Made by a program: the position numbers and the translations under genes. A stretch of DNA of 60,782 bases, the filler included, from Diploschistes diacapsis (lineage: Eukaryota): the NCBI GenBank assembly GCA_023645945.1. It is 8 parts of 8 records of this genome, joined end to end, with 100 filler letters (N's around TTAATTAATTAA, not from the genome) between each part and the next. Parts side by side here need not be neighbours in the genome. Positions count along the whole stretch, not along the records: positions 46,552 to 51,241 come from JALAIB010001669.1; positions 51,342 to 56,019 come from JALAIB010001670.1; positions 56,120 to 60,782 come from JALAIB010001671.1; 5 more parts are not named here. One strand, written 5' to 3'. This document shows positions 46,552 through 58,937 of the stretch, piece by piece (within the stretch, counting starts at the first letter, position 1; every line of letters begins with the position of its first letter). The notes below the pieces were generated by a model. It saw nothing but the letters and a program-made list of their open reading frames with translations. It made no database searches and was not told where the DNA came from.

Positions 46552-47460
46552 ATTTAATACTTATATTAGACCTTTCGGCGAATTATCGGGCCGATAATAT
46601 TAAAGGAAAGAAATAATATTACGATCTAAGTATTAAACTTAATACGTCTTAGCTTTATATATAGATCAATTACGGGACTAGAGATCACGTGATGCGTTTA
46701 CTACTCGCGTTTATTCTTATAAGCGGCGAATAGGTTTTCGTTACCGCTCGACGGTCGCGTTTATTCTTATAAGCGGCGAGTCTCGAAAACACCGCTCGCT
46801 AGATTTACGGTAAGCGGCAAGCGAGTTAATTATATATAAACACGATTTTATCTTCGTGAAAGAAGGCGTGTTTATTTTTATAAATATCTTAAGTTATTGT
46901 TCGGGATTAATTTATATTCGTTACTATTAATATTAAAAAGCCTTCTTTCTAGAAACAATCTAAGATTTATGATTATTCTATCTTCTTCTCCTGCCACATT
47001 CCTATTCTAACAGAGACCAAACCCATTTTGATCCTACTCGTGTATACCTTGTATAGATAGAGATCATAACAGCGTTAAAACGATAAAAAAAAATTAAAAA
47101 AGTTTACGAGACTACATCGCGCCCATCTACATATTTATTAATAAAATAAAGTTATAAATAACTTCATTTTTTAAATAATTAAAATTATATAATAAAAAAA
47201 TTGAGAATATTTATAATTCTATATAATTTACATACATTTTAAGATACCGCGGGTGCGCGGGAGCCACCTGCCCTATTAGGCTTAAAGGGATAAAAAAAAT
47301 TAATTTCCGTCAGAATAACTGCGCCCAGTTATTCTGACCGAAATCTTTTAATTCTTACACTAGCGTATCATTACTGTTCTAATATCCTTTTTTTTCTTTC
47401 TTTTTGTTTATTTTTTCGATAATGCGATCGCGTCTCTATTTACCTTTTCGGTTCATCATC
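46552..47460. mobile_element. AT-rich RIP-degraded repeat region with transposon-end-like direct repeats
   Basis: Very TpA-rich. Contains a 25-bp direct repeat TCGCGTTTATTCTTATAAGCGGCGA (about 46705 and 46756) and a hairpin at 47305-47343. Confidence 0.55.
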
Positions 47461-48997
47461 GACCAGTTTCGCTACTACCCCTATATCTGTTTGGCACATA
47501 ATGTGCTGCACTACCGTTTCTATCCGTAAGAAGATCTGCCTAACTTTATGGTCTTCGCCGCTTATCTCTGCCATTCATTAGTGAGATGTTGATTTGACCC
47601 AACGAAGTTGTCCCCAAGTATATAAGCTGGCTACTGCATTCAGGAGTACCCCACGATGATGAGAGAAAGAAAGAAGGGCTGATTACTAGATACTAGATAC
47701 TAGATACTCGATAGTCGGAGAGTTACCCGGCTTCAAATACACGGCTGGTAATGGTGGCGTGGTAACATGGCTGCAACCGTTCTGTTTATACTATATTTCA
47801 AATAGTAAGTGGAGTTGTGACAGGCCACAACTATTTTGCCTTTTCCCAAGTCATAGCAGAATCCTGCACGCCCTCGTTTCCTGGCTCATTGTCATCATCC
47901 AACTTCACATTTACGGTGGTGACTTCAATAAAGCCAGCTCTCTCATATACGCTTCTTCCCATCGGGCCAGAAAATAGGTAACGGCAGTTCTCATTTCTCG
48001 TTCTGTGCACAAGCCAGAATCGCCTGCATCAGCATTTTCCCTACCCTTGCCGCCTATGGTCGGGATGGACAGCCACTAAACAGATATAGGTTTGATCATC
48101 TCCGTATCTGCCATTGAAGAACTTATCTATTATAGTCTGGTGTCTAGCCCTGTTTAGACGCAAGCGTTCCTCAATTTCATCCCGGCCTTGCTAATTGGAA
48201 GGACCCATATGGAATGCTTATATGCTTATATCAGTATATTGATAACCGGACATACTTATAACGACTCACTTCGATATTTCCATTCTGGGACGACTCATCT
48301 TTCTCACGCATATGCGTGCCCGGCATTTGCCAAATAGCGACCCCAACGATAAGTTAACAATTCTGCTGTGCTGAAGCATCTTGCCCTTCCTCTTCCGGTC
48401 TACGCTTGAATACCCTGATATCATATCCTCCAGTTGTCACGTTCAGTCAGTAATCTTCTACACGCTTTGACACACGTTGCCAATGTTCCTCAAGGTATTT
48501 ACTCTGGTAAGGAAAGCGGTAAGCCCATTGCGGGTCCAAGGGCATACAGGTAATTAGGAGCGAAGTAATTGCATTCGTATCATCCTACCTTGCGGGACGT
48601 AGAGCATGAGCAAACATATTTGAGATACCCCTTTTCATGGGTAGGTACCTATACCTCTCAAATGCGCAATGAAGAGCCGAGGTTTTCCGCGGGTTTCCGT
48701 TTCGTCATTTTACTGTCCTTGCGCCTCTGAGTGATTGCCTTTGTCTTGACTGAATCCTCTACGTAGCCAACTGCTTAAAGAAATCTATTGCACGCTGGCG
48801 AATCCTGTATGAAACATCGTTTAGAGTGTTGATTGCATCTTTTATCTAAGGATTGAGCATCACTGATACCTGAGAGCATTGTATATGGCTTACAATTCCT
48901 GAACTCCGTTTTTGCATGGTGGTAGCAAACGCCTTTTCCCTCCAAACTACCTTACCTCTCTCTGCGTTTCTGAATTACGTGTTTCCTATTCCTCACC

Positions 48998-50591
48998 ATG
49001 TCCTCTCCTATCATACCGAGTACTCTTCTACGGGTCTCAAAGAGGTCTCGATCGCGAGTAGGGAAAATCTTGAGCTGGACTTCTGCCATTGGCCGCAACT
49101 CATGGCTTGCCCGGTCAAACTCGGTCTCGCAACGACCCGGCTCCGATCAGTGAGTACGGGTAAAGGTCTAAGTCTATCGAGAGATTGATAAGGATAGCGT
49201 ACACTTTCCTGGCGCTGTCAACAGCAAGTTTGTATCAAATATGGAGTTCGTTAGGCCCTCTATGCATTCAGCGATCCCTACGTACCGAGTCATGGACTCA
49301 AATGGGTCGATTGTCGATCCGGAGAGGGCCCCTTCGGATGTTACCGAAAAAGAGGTTACGACATGGTATAGGAATATGGTGTCTGGTATGGCTTTCCGCA
49401 CCAAGGGAAACGAAGGGGCTAATGCGAAGCTACGCAGTGAGTATTTTGGATATTGTCATGTTTGACTCGCAGCGGCAGGGGCGGATAAGCTTCTATATGG
49501 TATCTCTACCTCAACGTGTGTTTTGCTACTTTAACTTAATAATGGTAGGTTTCTGCTGGAGAAGAAGGTATCGCGATAGGTTCGGCATCAGCTTTGGATC
49601 CCGAAGACGTTATCTTCTGCCAATACCGCGAAGCGGGTGTATACAAGCAGCGAGGCTTCGAATCCATAGACTTCATGAATCAGCTGTTTGCGAATAAGCA
49701 CGATCTAGGGAAAGGGCGAAATATGCCAGTACATTACGGAAGCGCTAAATACAATATAGTAGGTATGGGCCCTGGCTCCTGCTTGGATGATCGGCTAACA
49801 GGCGGAAGCATAATATATCCTCGCCTCTAGGGACACAAATACCACACGCTGCTGGGGCAGCCTATGCTTTGAAGATACAGGCCATGCAAGATCCAAATGC
49901 CAAGCGCCGAGTGGCAGCTTGCTACTTTGGGGAGGGAGCAGCAAGCGAAGGCGACTTTCATGCTGCCCTTAACATTGCAGCAACCCGAGCTTGTCCCGTA
50001 ATCTTCATATGCCGGAACAACGGCTACGCCATATCCACGCCGACGCTGGAGCAGTATCGCGGAGACGGTATTGCCAGTCGGGGTGTTGGCTATGGAATTG
50101 ACACCATCCGCGTCGATGGCAACGACATTTTTGCCGTTCGGGAAGCTACAAAAGAGGCTCGTCGCATAGCACTGGAAGATGGCGGAAAGCCTGTGATGAT
50201 CGAAGCGATGAGCTACAGGGTCTCGCATCATAGTACCAGCGACGACAGCTTTGCATATCGCGCCAAAGTTGAGGTCGAGGACTGGAAGCGCCGGGACAAC
50301 CCCATTACCCGATTGAGAAAGTGGATGGAGAACCAAGGGATGTGGGACAACGAGAAGGAGAGGGATCTGCGGTCTTCGACACGGAAAGAACTCCTGCAGG
50401 CGTTTAACAAGGCAGAGCATGAGAAGAAGCCACCGTTGAGAGATCTGTTCACAGATGTGTATGAGGAACTAACAGAGGACCAGAAGGAGCAAATGTCTGA
50501 GCTGAGGAGACTGTTGGACACTTACCCTGATGAGTATGATGTGTCTGAACACGAGGGTGGTGTTGACGGCTTAAACGTAGACCGGTCATGA
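48998..50591 (+). CDS. BCKDHA: 2-oxoisovalerate (branched-chain keto acid) dehydrogenase E1 alpha, mitochondrial
   Basis: [32 protein letters not shown], the TPP motif [17 protein letters not shown]...CRNN, and [13 protein letters not shown]-terminal presequence and four introns. Confidence 0.96.
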
Positions 50592-51088
50592 TAGCTACGA
50601 AGGTAGTAAGGTAGTAGCCGAGCTTGCAGACAGATACCCATGAACCTCTCTACTAGATGAGAAAAAATCTGATAGCCATTGCCAGCTATTTATCGTAGCA
50701 GCTTCTCGCCGTGGCAACAAGAACACAGAATATCTAAACCACTGAAATGACATTTCGAATCTCTCGAGAAAGCCCTTTCACTTACCCCTAAAGGGCAGTT
50801 ACACTCCTCAGACAAAGGATTAGCGTGGATGAGCACAAATCTTCAACAGTATCCTGCAAGCCGCGTCACACACCCAATGTCAGGTCTTTTCCCATCTCCC
50901 CACCACCCAAAAACACAGCCAGCAACCCCGCTTCCGACCTTTTCCCTCCACACCATACAATAGCCAGCCAGCCCACACTCCACCAAAGGCAAAGACACGA
51001 ACACCCACCAAAAACAACCCACATATTCTAGCCGTGTGATCACCTCAAGGCTATCCCCATCCACCGCGCCATGCTCCTTCCACCACCT

Positions 51089-51115
51089 GCAGCAGCAGCA
51101 GCAGCAGCAGCAGCA
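51089..51115. repeat. (CAG)9 microsatellite
   Basis: Directly visible about 40 bp upstream of the ATG at 51153. Confidence 0.9.
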
Positions 51116-51152
51116 GTGCAAGCCAGCAAGACGCGAGCATCCGCCATCAGCC

Positions 51153-51218
51153 ATGGGCCACTATAGCCCCGCGGCGGACGCGGAGCGCGAGATCCACGTT
51201 CTCGTGACGGGCGCCGGG
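51153..51218 (+). CDS. First exon of pyroglutamyl-peptidase I (peptidase C15); truncated by contig end
   Basis: MGHYSPAADAEREIHVLVTGAG followed by a GTACGT donor. Resembles the VLVTGFGPF start of C15 peptidases. Confidence 0.6.
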
Positions 51219-51589
51219 GTACGTCAGGCCCCGCCCCCCCCNNNNNNNNNNNNNNNNNNNNNNNNNNNNNNNNNNNNNNNNNNNNTTAATTAATTAANNN
51301 NNNNNNNNNNNNNNNNNNNNNNNNNNNNNNNNNNNNNNNNNATATCGTACAGGGGCAAAAAACGGCAAAGAGAGATAGGATAGACAGGTTGTACCAAAGT
51401 TTAAACACGATTGAATAAGTCGGGACTTGATTTACAGTAGACTACTGGAAGGGCTCTCTTGAGATGCGGAGAAGGGGGGTAGCTAAATTCTGCCGATGTC
51501 GCTGACGACATTGCTGCAGCATGGCTTAGCGATCATCATTTCAATCCCAATACACAGTTCACCAGACAGATTCTTTTGATCTACTACAT

Positions 51590-51718
51590 TAAGAAGTTCT
51601 TTTAAAAACTATTGCATAAATATTGAATAAATCTGATTAATCGCAGGTTAATCACTTATTAAGTATTGATTAATAAAAAAACGCCCCATTAATCGACTAT
51701 ATTAATCGTCCAAACATG
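51590..51718. mobile_element. Transposon-end relic related to the 20166-20411 block
   Basis: AT-rich, with GATTAATCG/ATTAATCG repeats, ending GTCCAAACATG. Confidence 0.45.
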
Positions 51719-51890
51719 GCCCCAGAGCCCCCCATATCCCGTAGCCTACTATAATACAAAGCCTTTTAGTCTTCTCAAGTAGCCTTGCAACATAATCCTC
51801 TGTAGAGCTAATTTTAGTTCCGCGGTACGGCTTGCAGGCAATCACCAAAGGAAGGGGATGTATTATTTTCTGATGATGCTACAAAAAAAT

Positions 51891-52754
51891 CTACCTCAGG
51901 TCTACTCCCAGATTTGCGGCTATCCAAGCGCCCTGCTCCCTTATTCCTACAAAGTAACCCAACCCAGCGCAGGCTATCCCCAAGAGCGTGCCCCTGAACA
52001 CAGCCGGAAGAATCTGGTTTCTGAAGAAATGGAGAAGGACTTCCCTGGCACTCTCGAAGTCTTTCAAAGACGTCACGACCTTGGTCGTGGGAAGCGGTGT
52101 AAGGTATTTGTGGTTGTGTTTGTCGCTGGATCCTTCGCCCGCTTCCAGCATGGCGGTGGCAAGGCGAGCATACGAGATGGGACCTTTTGAATTTGCGTTT
52201 TGTGCAAGACTGACCTCGGTCCACTGGCTTGTTGCTTCCCGCACGTCGACGATGGCCCCGGGGCATACGATGGACCACCGCAGCCATGACTGCTGTTGTT
52301 CAAGGTACTTTTGCGCAAGGCTGAGGTCTCCGTATTGGTGAAAGAGAAGATAATTCGTCCGGAAGGAGCTGTGGCCACCGACAGCTGTCGGGTTGGTTCC
52401 ATCAGACGCAAGCAGGACGATGTTCGTTGGGGATTTGGCGCCCTTGGGGAGTTTTCGACGGAGGACAGCGCAGACACTTTGGATGCAGTCTCGGTTCAGC
52501 GTCCCGGGCTGGCCGATGGGCATTGAGAGGGCGACGTAGACAGTTGAGACATCTTCAAGGATATCTTCCAGAGTGTCGAGGTCGTCGTAGTTTGACCACT
52601 CGTGTGCGCTCAAATCATCGCGCTTCTTGGTCTGCGCGTAGAAGCGGCTCGCAGAACGTACGAGAGCTTTGACTCTGTAGCCTCTGTCTAGCGCAATTTC
52701 GATGATGTATTTCGAGGCGCGGGCTGTACCGTTGCATACAGCGATGGTCGGCAT
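51891..52754 (-). CDS. Atypical NAD(P)-binding Rossmann protein (BVR-B/AvfA-like SDR) with C-terminal transmembrane tail
   Basis: IALDRGYRVKALVRS, WSIVCPGAI and GPISYARLATAML are typical of atypical SDRs. Hydrophobic tail TLLGIACAGLGYFVGI. Intronless. Confidence 0.75.
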   Translation of the reverse strand: MPTIAVCNGTARASKYIIEIALDRGYRVKALVRSASRFYAQTKKRDDLSAHEWSNYDDLDTLEDILEDVSTVYVALSMPIGQPGTLNRDCIQSVCAVLRRKLPKGAKSPTNIVLLASDGTNPTAVGGHSSFRTNYLLFHQYGDLSLAQKYLEQQQSWLRWSIVCPGAIVDVREATSQWTEVSLAQNANSKGPISYARLATAMLEAGEGSSDKHNHKYLTPLPTTKVVTSLKDFESAREVLLHFFRNQILPAVFRGTLLGIACAGLGYFVGIREQGAWIAANLGVDLR

Positions 52755-55700
52755 GGTGGAAGTGGCAAGTACTGGATGCTTTCAAATGGAATCAAGGTGA
52801 AGGGTGAAATATAAGAGCCCTAGAAAACCTACCTCTTACCAGTTATATATTTATGAATCGAGTCGAGCCCGGCTTTCGGGGGAAACCTCGTACGCCGCAT
52901 CCCCGAACTGCGAACAAGTATCCAGGGTTTGTAAGTAACACCAGTCCGTTGATGAATCGCTGTAAGATCTTCTCATGGAGGCTTTTATTTGAACAACTCA
53001 TTTTCTCTGGTTTGGGGAATTCCAACTATGAGGCTGAAAGCTCAGCGTGGGTAAGCCAAGTTTCTTGCTCAGTCAATTCAGTTCTTATAACTCTGTCTAC
53101 TGAATTCGGAGTTACAGTAAACAGATTTTAGACTCGGGGGGAATTAGCCTCCGAGCAGGCTCGATTTCCTCCTTCCTCCTTCCTCCTTCCTCCTTCCAAC
53201 AAGCGAGCATCACTAGGCACAGATTCACTTGCATAATGAATGATTCATAGATGTTCCCGCAATGATCTAACGTTATTCGAAACCTTGCTTGTGTGAACGC
53301 CGCCTGTTGGTTCGCTCGCTTCCAAGGACACTGCTAGCAATCCATACATGGCTGCAGAACAGGCTGTACTGGCAGTCTGGCACAGAGTATCAAAAGAGAC
53401 ATTACGAGTGCACTTGCTTTTGGCCATATAACCAGGGGGTCTAGAGACAAGGCCCTCGGATCAGCCTACAACTGGCCAAAGTACGGCTTTCCTTATCTGC
53501 ATGCCATATGCCCACCGTCATGCCCGCCTGTTTCACCTTCCCAAGGATAACCTTGTCTTGCTTCGCGTGCTCTACTACGATGATTTCTTGTTTGCCTGAA
53601 CCGCCTCGTTCGCTATTGCGCATGTCGAGACTCCAACTGCTCTTGGCTGTGCTTTCCAACCACCAGCGACGAGACAATCGAAGACACCATCTGCAGCTCC
53701 CGCAGCTGAAGTAACCTTATCAGCTTTGGTCAATCGATATAAAAATAGTCTACCTGCAACTATCACCTCTGGAATAAGTGCCACCGAACAAAATCTGAAT
53801 AGAACCTCCAGAATGTGATGCAAAAAAGGTCCAGGTTAGAACGACTCCTTGCGTGGCCGCTACCGATAATGAGAGTGACAATGCCTTCGGTCCGCTCTTA
53901 CTATTGTCCTAGTCTTCAAGCCCTGCAAATGCACCATGGAAAAGGTGAGGGAGCCATTGATCAAAAGCCAGATATCGGCATCGATGCTCTATCTTACATT
54001 CAACTCCCCAGGAGCAACCTTTGCCGCACCTGTTGTAAAGAATAGGTATCTCGCGCTATTGATGAAGATTATGTATAGTTCAGCTAGCATCACCGCCGCT
54101 CCAAAAATTGAAATGATTTCCAAAGAAGACGAGAATCAAATACCGGAATAAACCGTCGAGGCAGTAAATCGCCAGTGCTGCAAGCATATGATGAAGAACA
54201 TAGGCGTCCACGTCTTGGAGAGACTGACGAGGCCGGAAACACGGGTTGCTAGGGCTGTTTGATCAAACCTCCATGTGTGGCAGCAGAACCGCATCAGCTG
54301 TTGATGTTGAAAGGGAGCAAACCAAGCTATATGTACAGAAAGGCCAGATGGGTACAAGTGGCAACTTGAGTAGGAGAAGCGGGTCCACGTGTTATTTGAG
54401 AAGAGGTCCTGATACAGAAGACCATGGGGGCCGAACAGAGTGCTGTGGATAGCAAACGGCTCTCATGTCGGGAGAAAGTGAAAGAATTAGAGCAAGTGCA
54501 GGATGTGCATCAAGGCGTGGGAAAGATCGAGCTTCGCCTTTGTAGTCCCGTTAGCACTACTTTGCCAATGTTGCCCCGTGCATTTCCCTGAACCAGGCCC
54601 CCACCCCTTCATGGCTGAATCCACCCAACTTTAAGTTCCGGCACGCCCCGGAAGCCCAATGCCGTCCCAGAACCACCCTCTAATCTACCTGAAGCAAAAA
54701 TCCCGTCCCCGCACAACCCAAGTCCGAGGGAAGATGCTCAGCAAGTTGCCGGCGCATGCAGCAAGTACCGACAAGCACGAGCCCTTTCCGCCCCGCGCCC
54801 TTCTCCACCCCTGCCTCATCCCGGCGCCACACCTTTTTACACCGAATAGACTTCTTCATCCTCCTCCTCCCTCTCCCCTCCCTCTCCCCTGCACTCTTCT
54901 CCACGAGCCTGCGCGCGGGGCAGCACCACGCGACATCCATCCTCCGCCCACCTCGCTCTCAAGGGCCCATCTGCTCGAAGCGAGGGTCGGGGGAGGGGGG
55001 GAACCGGCGACGACGACTAATTGCTTCCAAGCGACGCGCCGTGCGGTGAGGTGGGGGGCGCTGCTTCGGGAGTAACGGCGGGCGCTGAGCTGGATGCCGG
55101 AACGGGGTTTGGAATGAAAGAGATGCTGGGTTGAAGAAGAGAGGATTGAAGGAAGGAAATGTAACACAAAAAAAAGGGGTAGACAGAGGGAAGAAGAGAG
55201 GGGGACGTGGTGGCGAAGGTGGGACGAGATTGATGGCTGGGGGAAGGGGAGAAGGTTGGGGTTGAAGGCCTGAATCAGATTTGACGAGCGATGAGAGAGC
55301 TCTTGTGCCCGTTGTCGCTGGCCTTTAGGGCGGGACCGAATTGTCTCGGAGCGTGTGAGGTGGCGCGGTGGATAAGGAGAGGCTTGGATCTACCAGCGAG
55401 CGGAGCAGATATGCAGAATGAACGATTTGGGCTAGTAACCGTGCGTCCTGGGTTGCAAAAGGCCCTCGGCACATCTTAATAATTAACAGAAGCGAGAAAA
55501 GGTGCATCAACGTAATCCACCTGACAATGCAGCCCGAATGCTCAGACGCATACGCCCAGCCGCACTACACAACACAGCCGGCACCTCACAGTACTGCTCG
55601 CAACTCCCTCACCCGCTTTCAAGCCCCGCAACATTCGCTCCCGCCACCAAACCCCGGACAGTGCGCACACACCCCATCCCCCATCCCCTTCCCAACATAT

Positions 55701-56119
55701 GTGATCCCCGGCAAGTAATCCGGCAACCCCTTGCCCCTATCCAACCGAAAACTCACGTTCGTGCCCGAATCCCGACCCGGCAGCATTACATGGCCGAATT
55801 CGACCTCGTGGCATTCCTGCGCGGCCTCGAGGTTCGTCTCGTTGGTGATGGCAATCGTAAAATTGAGCCAGCCGATGGCCTGGTTGAAGTTGGCGGTCTG
55901 GGTTGGTCGTGGTTGGGCAGGAGGTGCTGAGGCCGGACTCCTCGATGGTCTGGAAGTAGATCTTGTTGGTGCAGGCGTTTTGTGAGCAAGAGGTGGGAGG
56001 AGAGGGAGGGTTCATGGGGNNNNNNNNNNNNNNNNNNNNNNNNNNNNNNNNNNNNNNNNNNNNTTAATTAATTAANNNNNNNNNNNNNNNNNNNNNNNNN
56101 NNNNNNNNNNNNNNNNNNN

Positions 56120-58607
56120 CTCCACAGCCTCCACGTCCCCGTCCTCCAGCCCCTCCACCAATCCAGGGAAGGTCTCCCCCGCATACCCCGTCCATCTCCC
56201 TGGCGCGAAAACAACGTGCTTGAACCAGCTCCGCCCATCCAGCCCTTCCTCGTGCAGGAATTTGCGCTCGAGCAACTTGTACTTGGTGTTCACTTTTCTG
56301 ATCTCGCGGAGCAGGCGCAGCCGCTTCTTCGAGAGGTTGTACTTGTTGTTTTTGTTGGTGCGGGGCCAGCGCCACCATGGCGCGTTGTCCTTGCCGTTTT
56401 CGGGGTCGGTGGTCAAGGTGGATGCGGAGATGGATGCGAAGTCGGCGGCGAGTTTGGCGGCGTGCGCGTCGAAGGCGACGCTTGCTTTGAGGAAGCGGGC
56501 GATGGCGGCTTCGATGGAGGCGAAGACGTCCTTGTCCTTTTTTTTGTGGCCAGGATACGCGAGAGGAAGAGCGGACTCGGCGTTAGCGTGCGTTTTGGCG
56601 GCTTCGAGGTAGACAGCGAGCTGGCGTGCGTAGTCTGTCGTGTTGAGGGCCAGGACGGGCGTTTCGACGAGATGTGCGGTGAGGAGATTGAGGACCTTGG
56701 AGACGGCGGTATGGTAGGTGAAGCTTTGGTCGTTGTAGGTTGACATCCAGTGGAAGCTATCGTAGTTGCTGTGGTAGTGGTATACTGGGTCCCCTGGGCC
56801 GCTGCCGAAACCAATGTCCAGGGAGGGTATGCCGGCAAAGTCTTGGAAGGCCGTGAAGTCCGAGCCGGAACCCATTATCGAGATGTCCCCATCCCAGAGA
56901 TCGGCGACGGTTTGCCCCGGAATCGTCTGATTAGGGGATGGTACGAGAGAGGTCGCAGCATAGATATTTTGATTGAGCAAAGGGGACGCGCTGGACGCGA
57001 AGAGAGACCCGCGGCAGGATACGTCGACGTTGAAGTAGGCGATTGAGGTGGCTTTGAGCCAGGGGAGGTACTGCTCGACCCACTCTGTGCTGCCCACGAG
57101 GCCGTACTCCTCGCCGTCCCAGGAAGCGAAAACGATAGTGCGGAGGGGCTTCCAGCCCGCGGCGAGAGCGGTACCGAATGACCGCACTACTTCGTTCATG
57201 GTCGCCGATCCAGAATTAGGATCGCTTGCTCCTCCCGCAATCCCTAGCTATTGTCAAAGATGCGCAACTTTGGTGATGAGAAACTTACAAGCATCGCGGT
57301 GGTTGCCAAGCACAACAACCTCATCCTCAATTGTACCGTTGATAATTCCAATGACGTTCCATAGAGGGTTCGTAACATATTCTTGCTCATTCATAAGATT
57401 CAGAACGAGTTCAGGTGGCGATGGACCAATGTTGTATTCGACTCCTTTGTAGCCAAGCTGTCCACCCTGCCAGCGTTCACCAAAGTCACTCGCTTTGGGA
57501 CCATATCCATTCAACGCCTTGAGAAGAGGTACAGCCTCCCGATATGAGATCGGAAGAGACGGAGTTTTGGGGATGGAGGAAGGCTCCTGTCGTGGCACTC
57601 CTGGCAAGGAAGGATAGCCAGGAGTTGTAGGGTCGCCTGGAAGGAGACCTTGTACTACAATGAGCTTCGGACCACAAGAAAGCAAGGGTCTTACTCAAAA
57701 ATTGCACGCTGCCTCTCTGCACTGCACTTGGATTTCGTGCTGGACCGTCAGGGTACGCTTTATAGCCGTTTTGCTCGGTGATTTCGCCATCCTCTTCCGG
57801 GTCGGTATACAGGACTGTCCCAATCATGCCGAGCTCTTCGGCTCTCTTGATCTTCAGACCGCGGAAGATCTTTCCGTACTTTGCAACGGCAATCTTGCCA
57901 CTGAGGCTCACGTTGGCTCTGACCAGGTCCTCGAAATCAGCGTATGTGCCGTAGTTCACAAATACATATTGAGCCGTAACATTGCCGCTTGCGGAGTAGC
58001 CATGGAAAGTCGGGATTCGATTATCCAGTCCACTTGTTCCGTCCTCTTCGAGCACGTCTTCCTCGAGGTTGAATTCATGCTTGACTTTGTAGTCTGATGC
58101 TTCTGGAGCCTTCCCGGCACTGTTGTCTATGGGCTCAAGCAGCGCAAGACGGTGACCCCGAGGATAATTTATATGAACATCATACGCGACAATCTCTGTC
58201 CGCTCGACTCCAAATTCCTGCCATCGGTCTCTCGTCCACTCGGCCTGGCTTAAGTTCTTGCCTGCAAGATGCGGCCCGGAAGTGTAGTATTCGCTCCATG
58301 ACCTTGCCTTTGCTTCGTCCGGGGTGTCTAAGAGTAGTTTTTGAAGCTTCTCATAGGAGAGCTTCTTTGCAGGGGATGGAGCATTACCCGGCGGTGACGT
58401 GTTGCGCCATGGATCATCGGGATGATATGGGTCGTGATCGGCATGAGGAAGCCATCTTGTAGGAAGCAGAAACAGTGTAACAAGCGCAATCAGTGTAGAC
58501 AAGAGGGCTATTGTACAGAAACGACGGAGAGCAGTGTGCGGATACCTATCCCTCGCTGGCCGTATGCTCACAACTTGAATGAGGGGCGTTGACTCTGTGG
58601 GTGCCAT
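56120..58607 (-). CDS. Glutamate carboxypeptidase II-like M28B peptidase (Vps70/Tre-like; TM, PA, M28 and TFR-dimer domains); 3' end truncated
   Basis: N-terminal TM helix, FHGYSASGNV, VQRGSVQF, PGDPTTPGYPS, LGNHRDA, FASWDGEEYGLVGSTEWVE, GSGSDF, YHSNYDSF and WFKHVVFAPG. Two short introns near 57250-57290 and 57650-57695. Confidence 0.93.
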
Positions 58608-58937
58608 ATTGACAACAATTGCTGCAACGAATCACACAAAGGAACGCGAAATTCAACCATGTAGCATTGGAAAACAACGACAAGGGAAGAAACAGAGATT
58701 GAACATCACCCACGAAAGACTAAGATGAGGAGGGATCGATTTATGACGCCTTCGTGATGTTCCTCTCCCCGCCATAGCTCTTATAGGTAACTCTGGAGAT
58801 CGCGGAGTTAAACACTGGCCCGCTCGGACTCTCGAACATTCTTAAACGTCACCAGAAGCATCACTTTGCCTTTTGCTTCGCCTCTCTGTCATCTTCCTAC
58901 CTCATCTATATCCCTTGACTCACCTACGCTGCTCACG

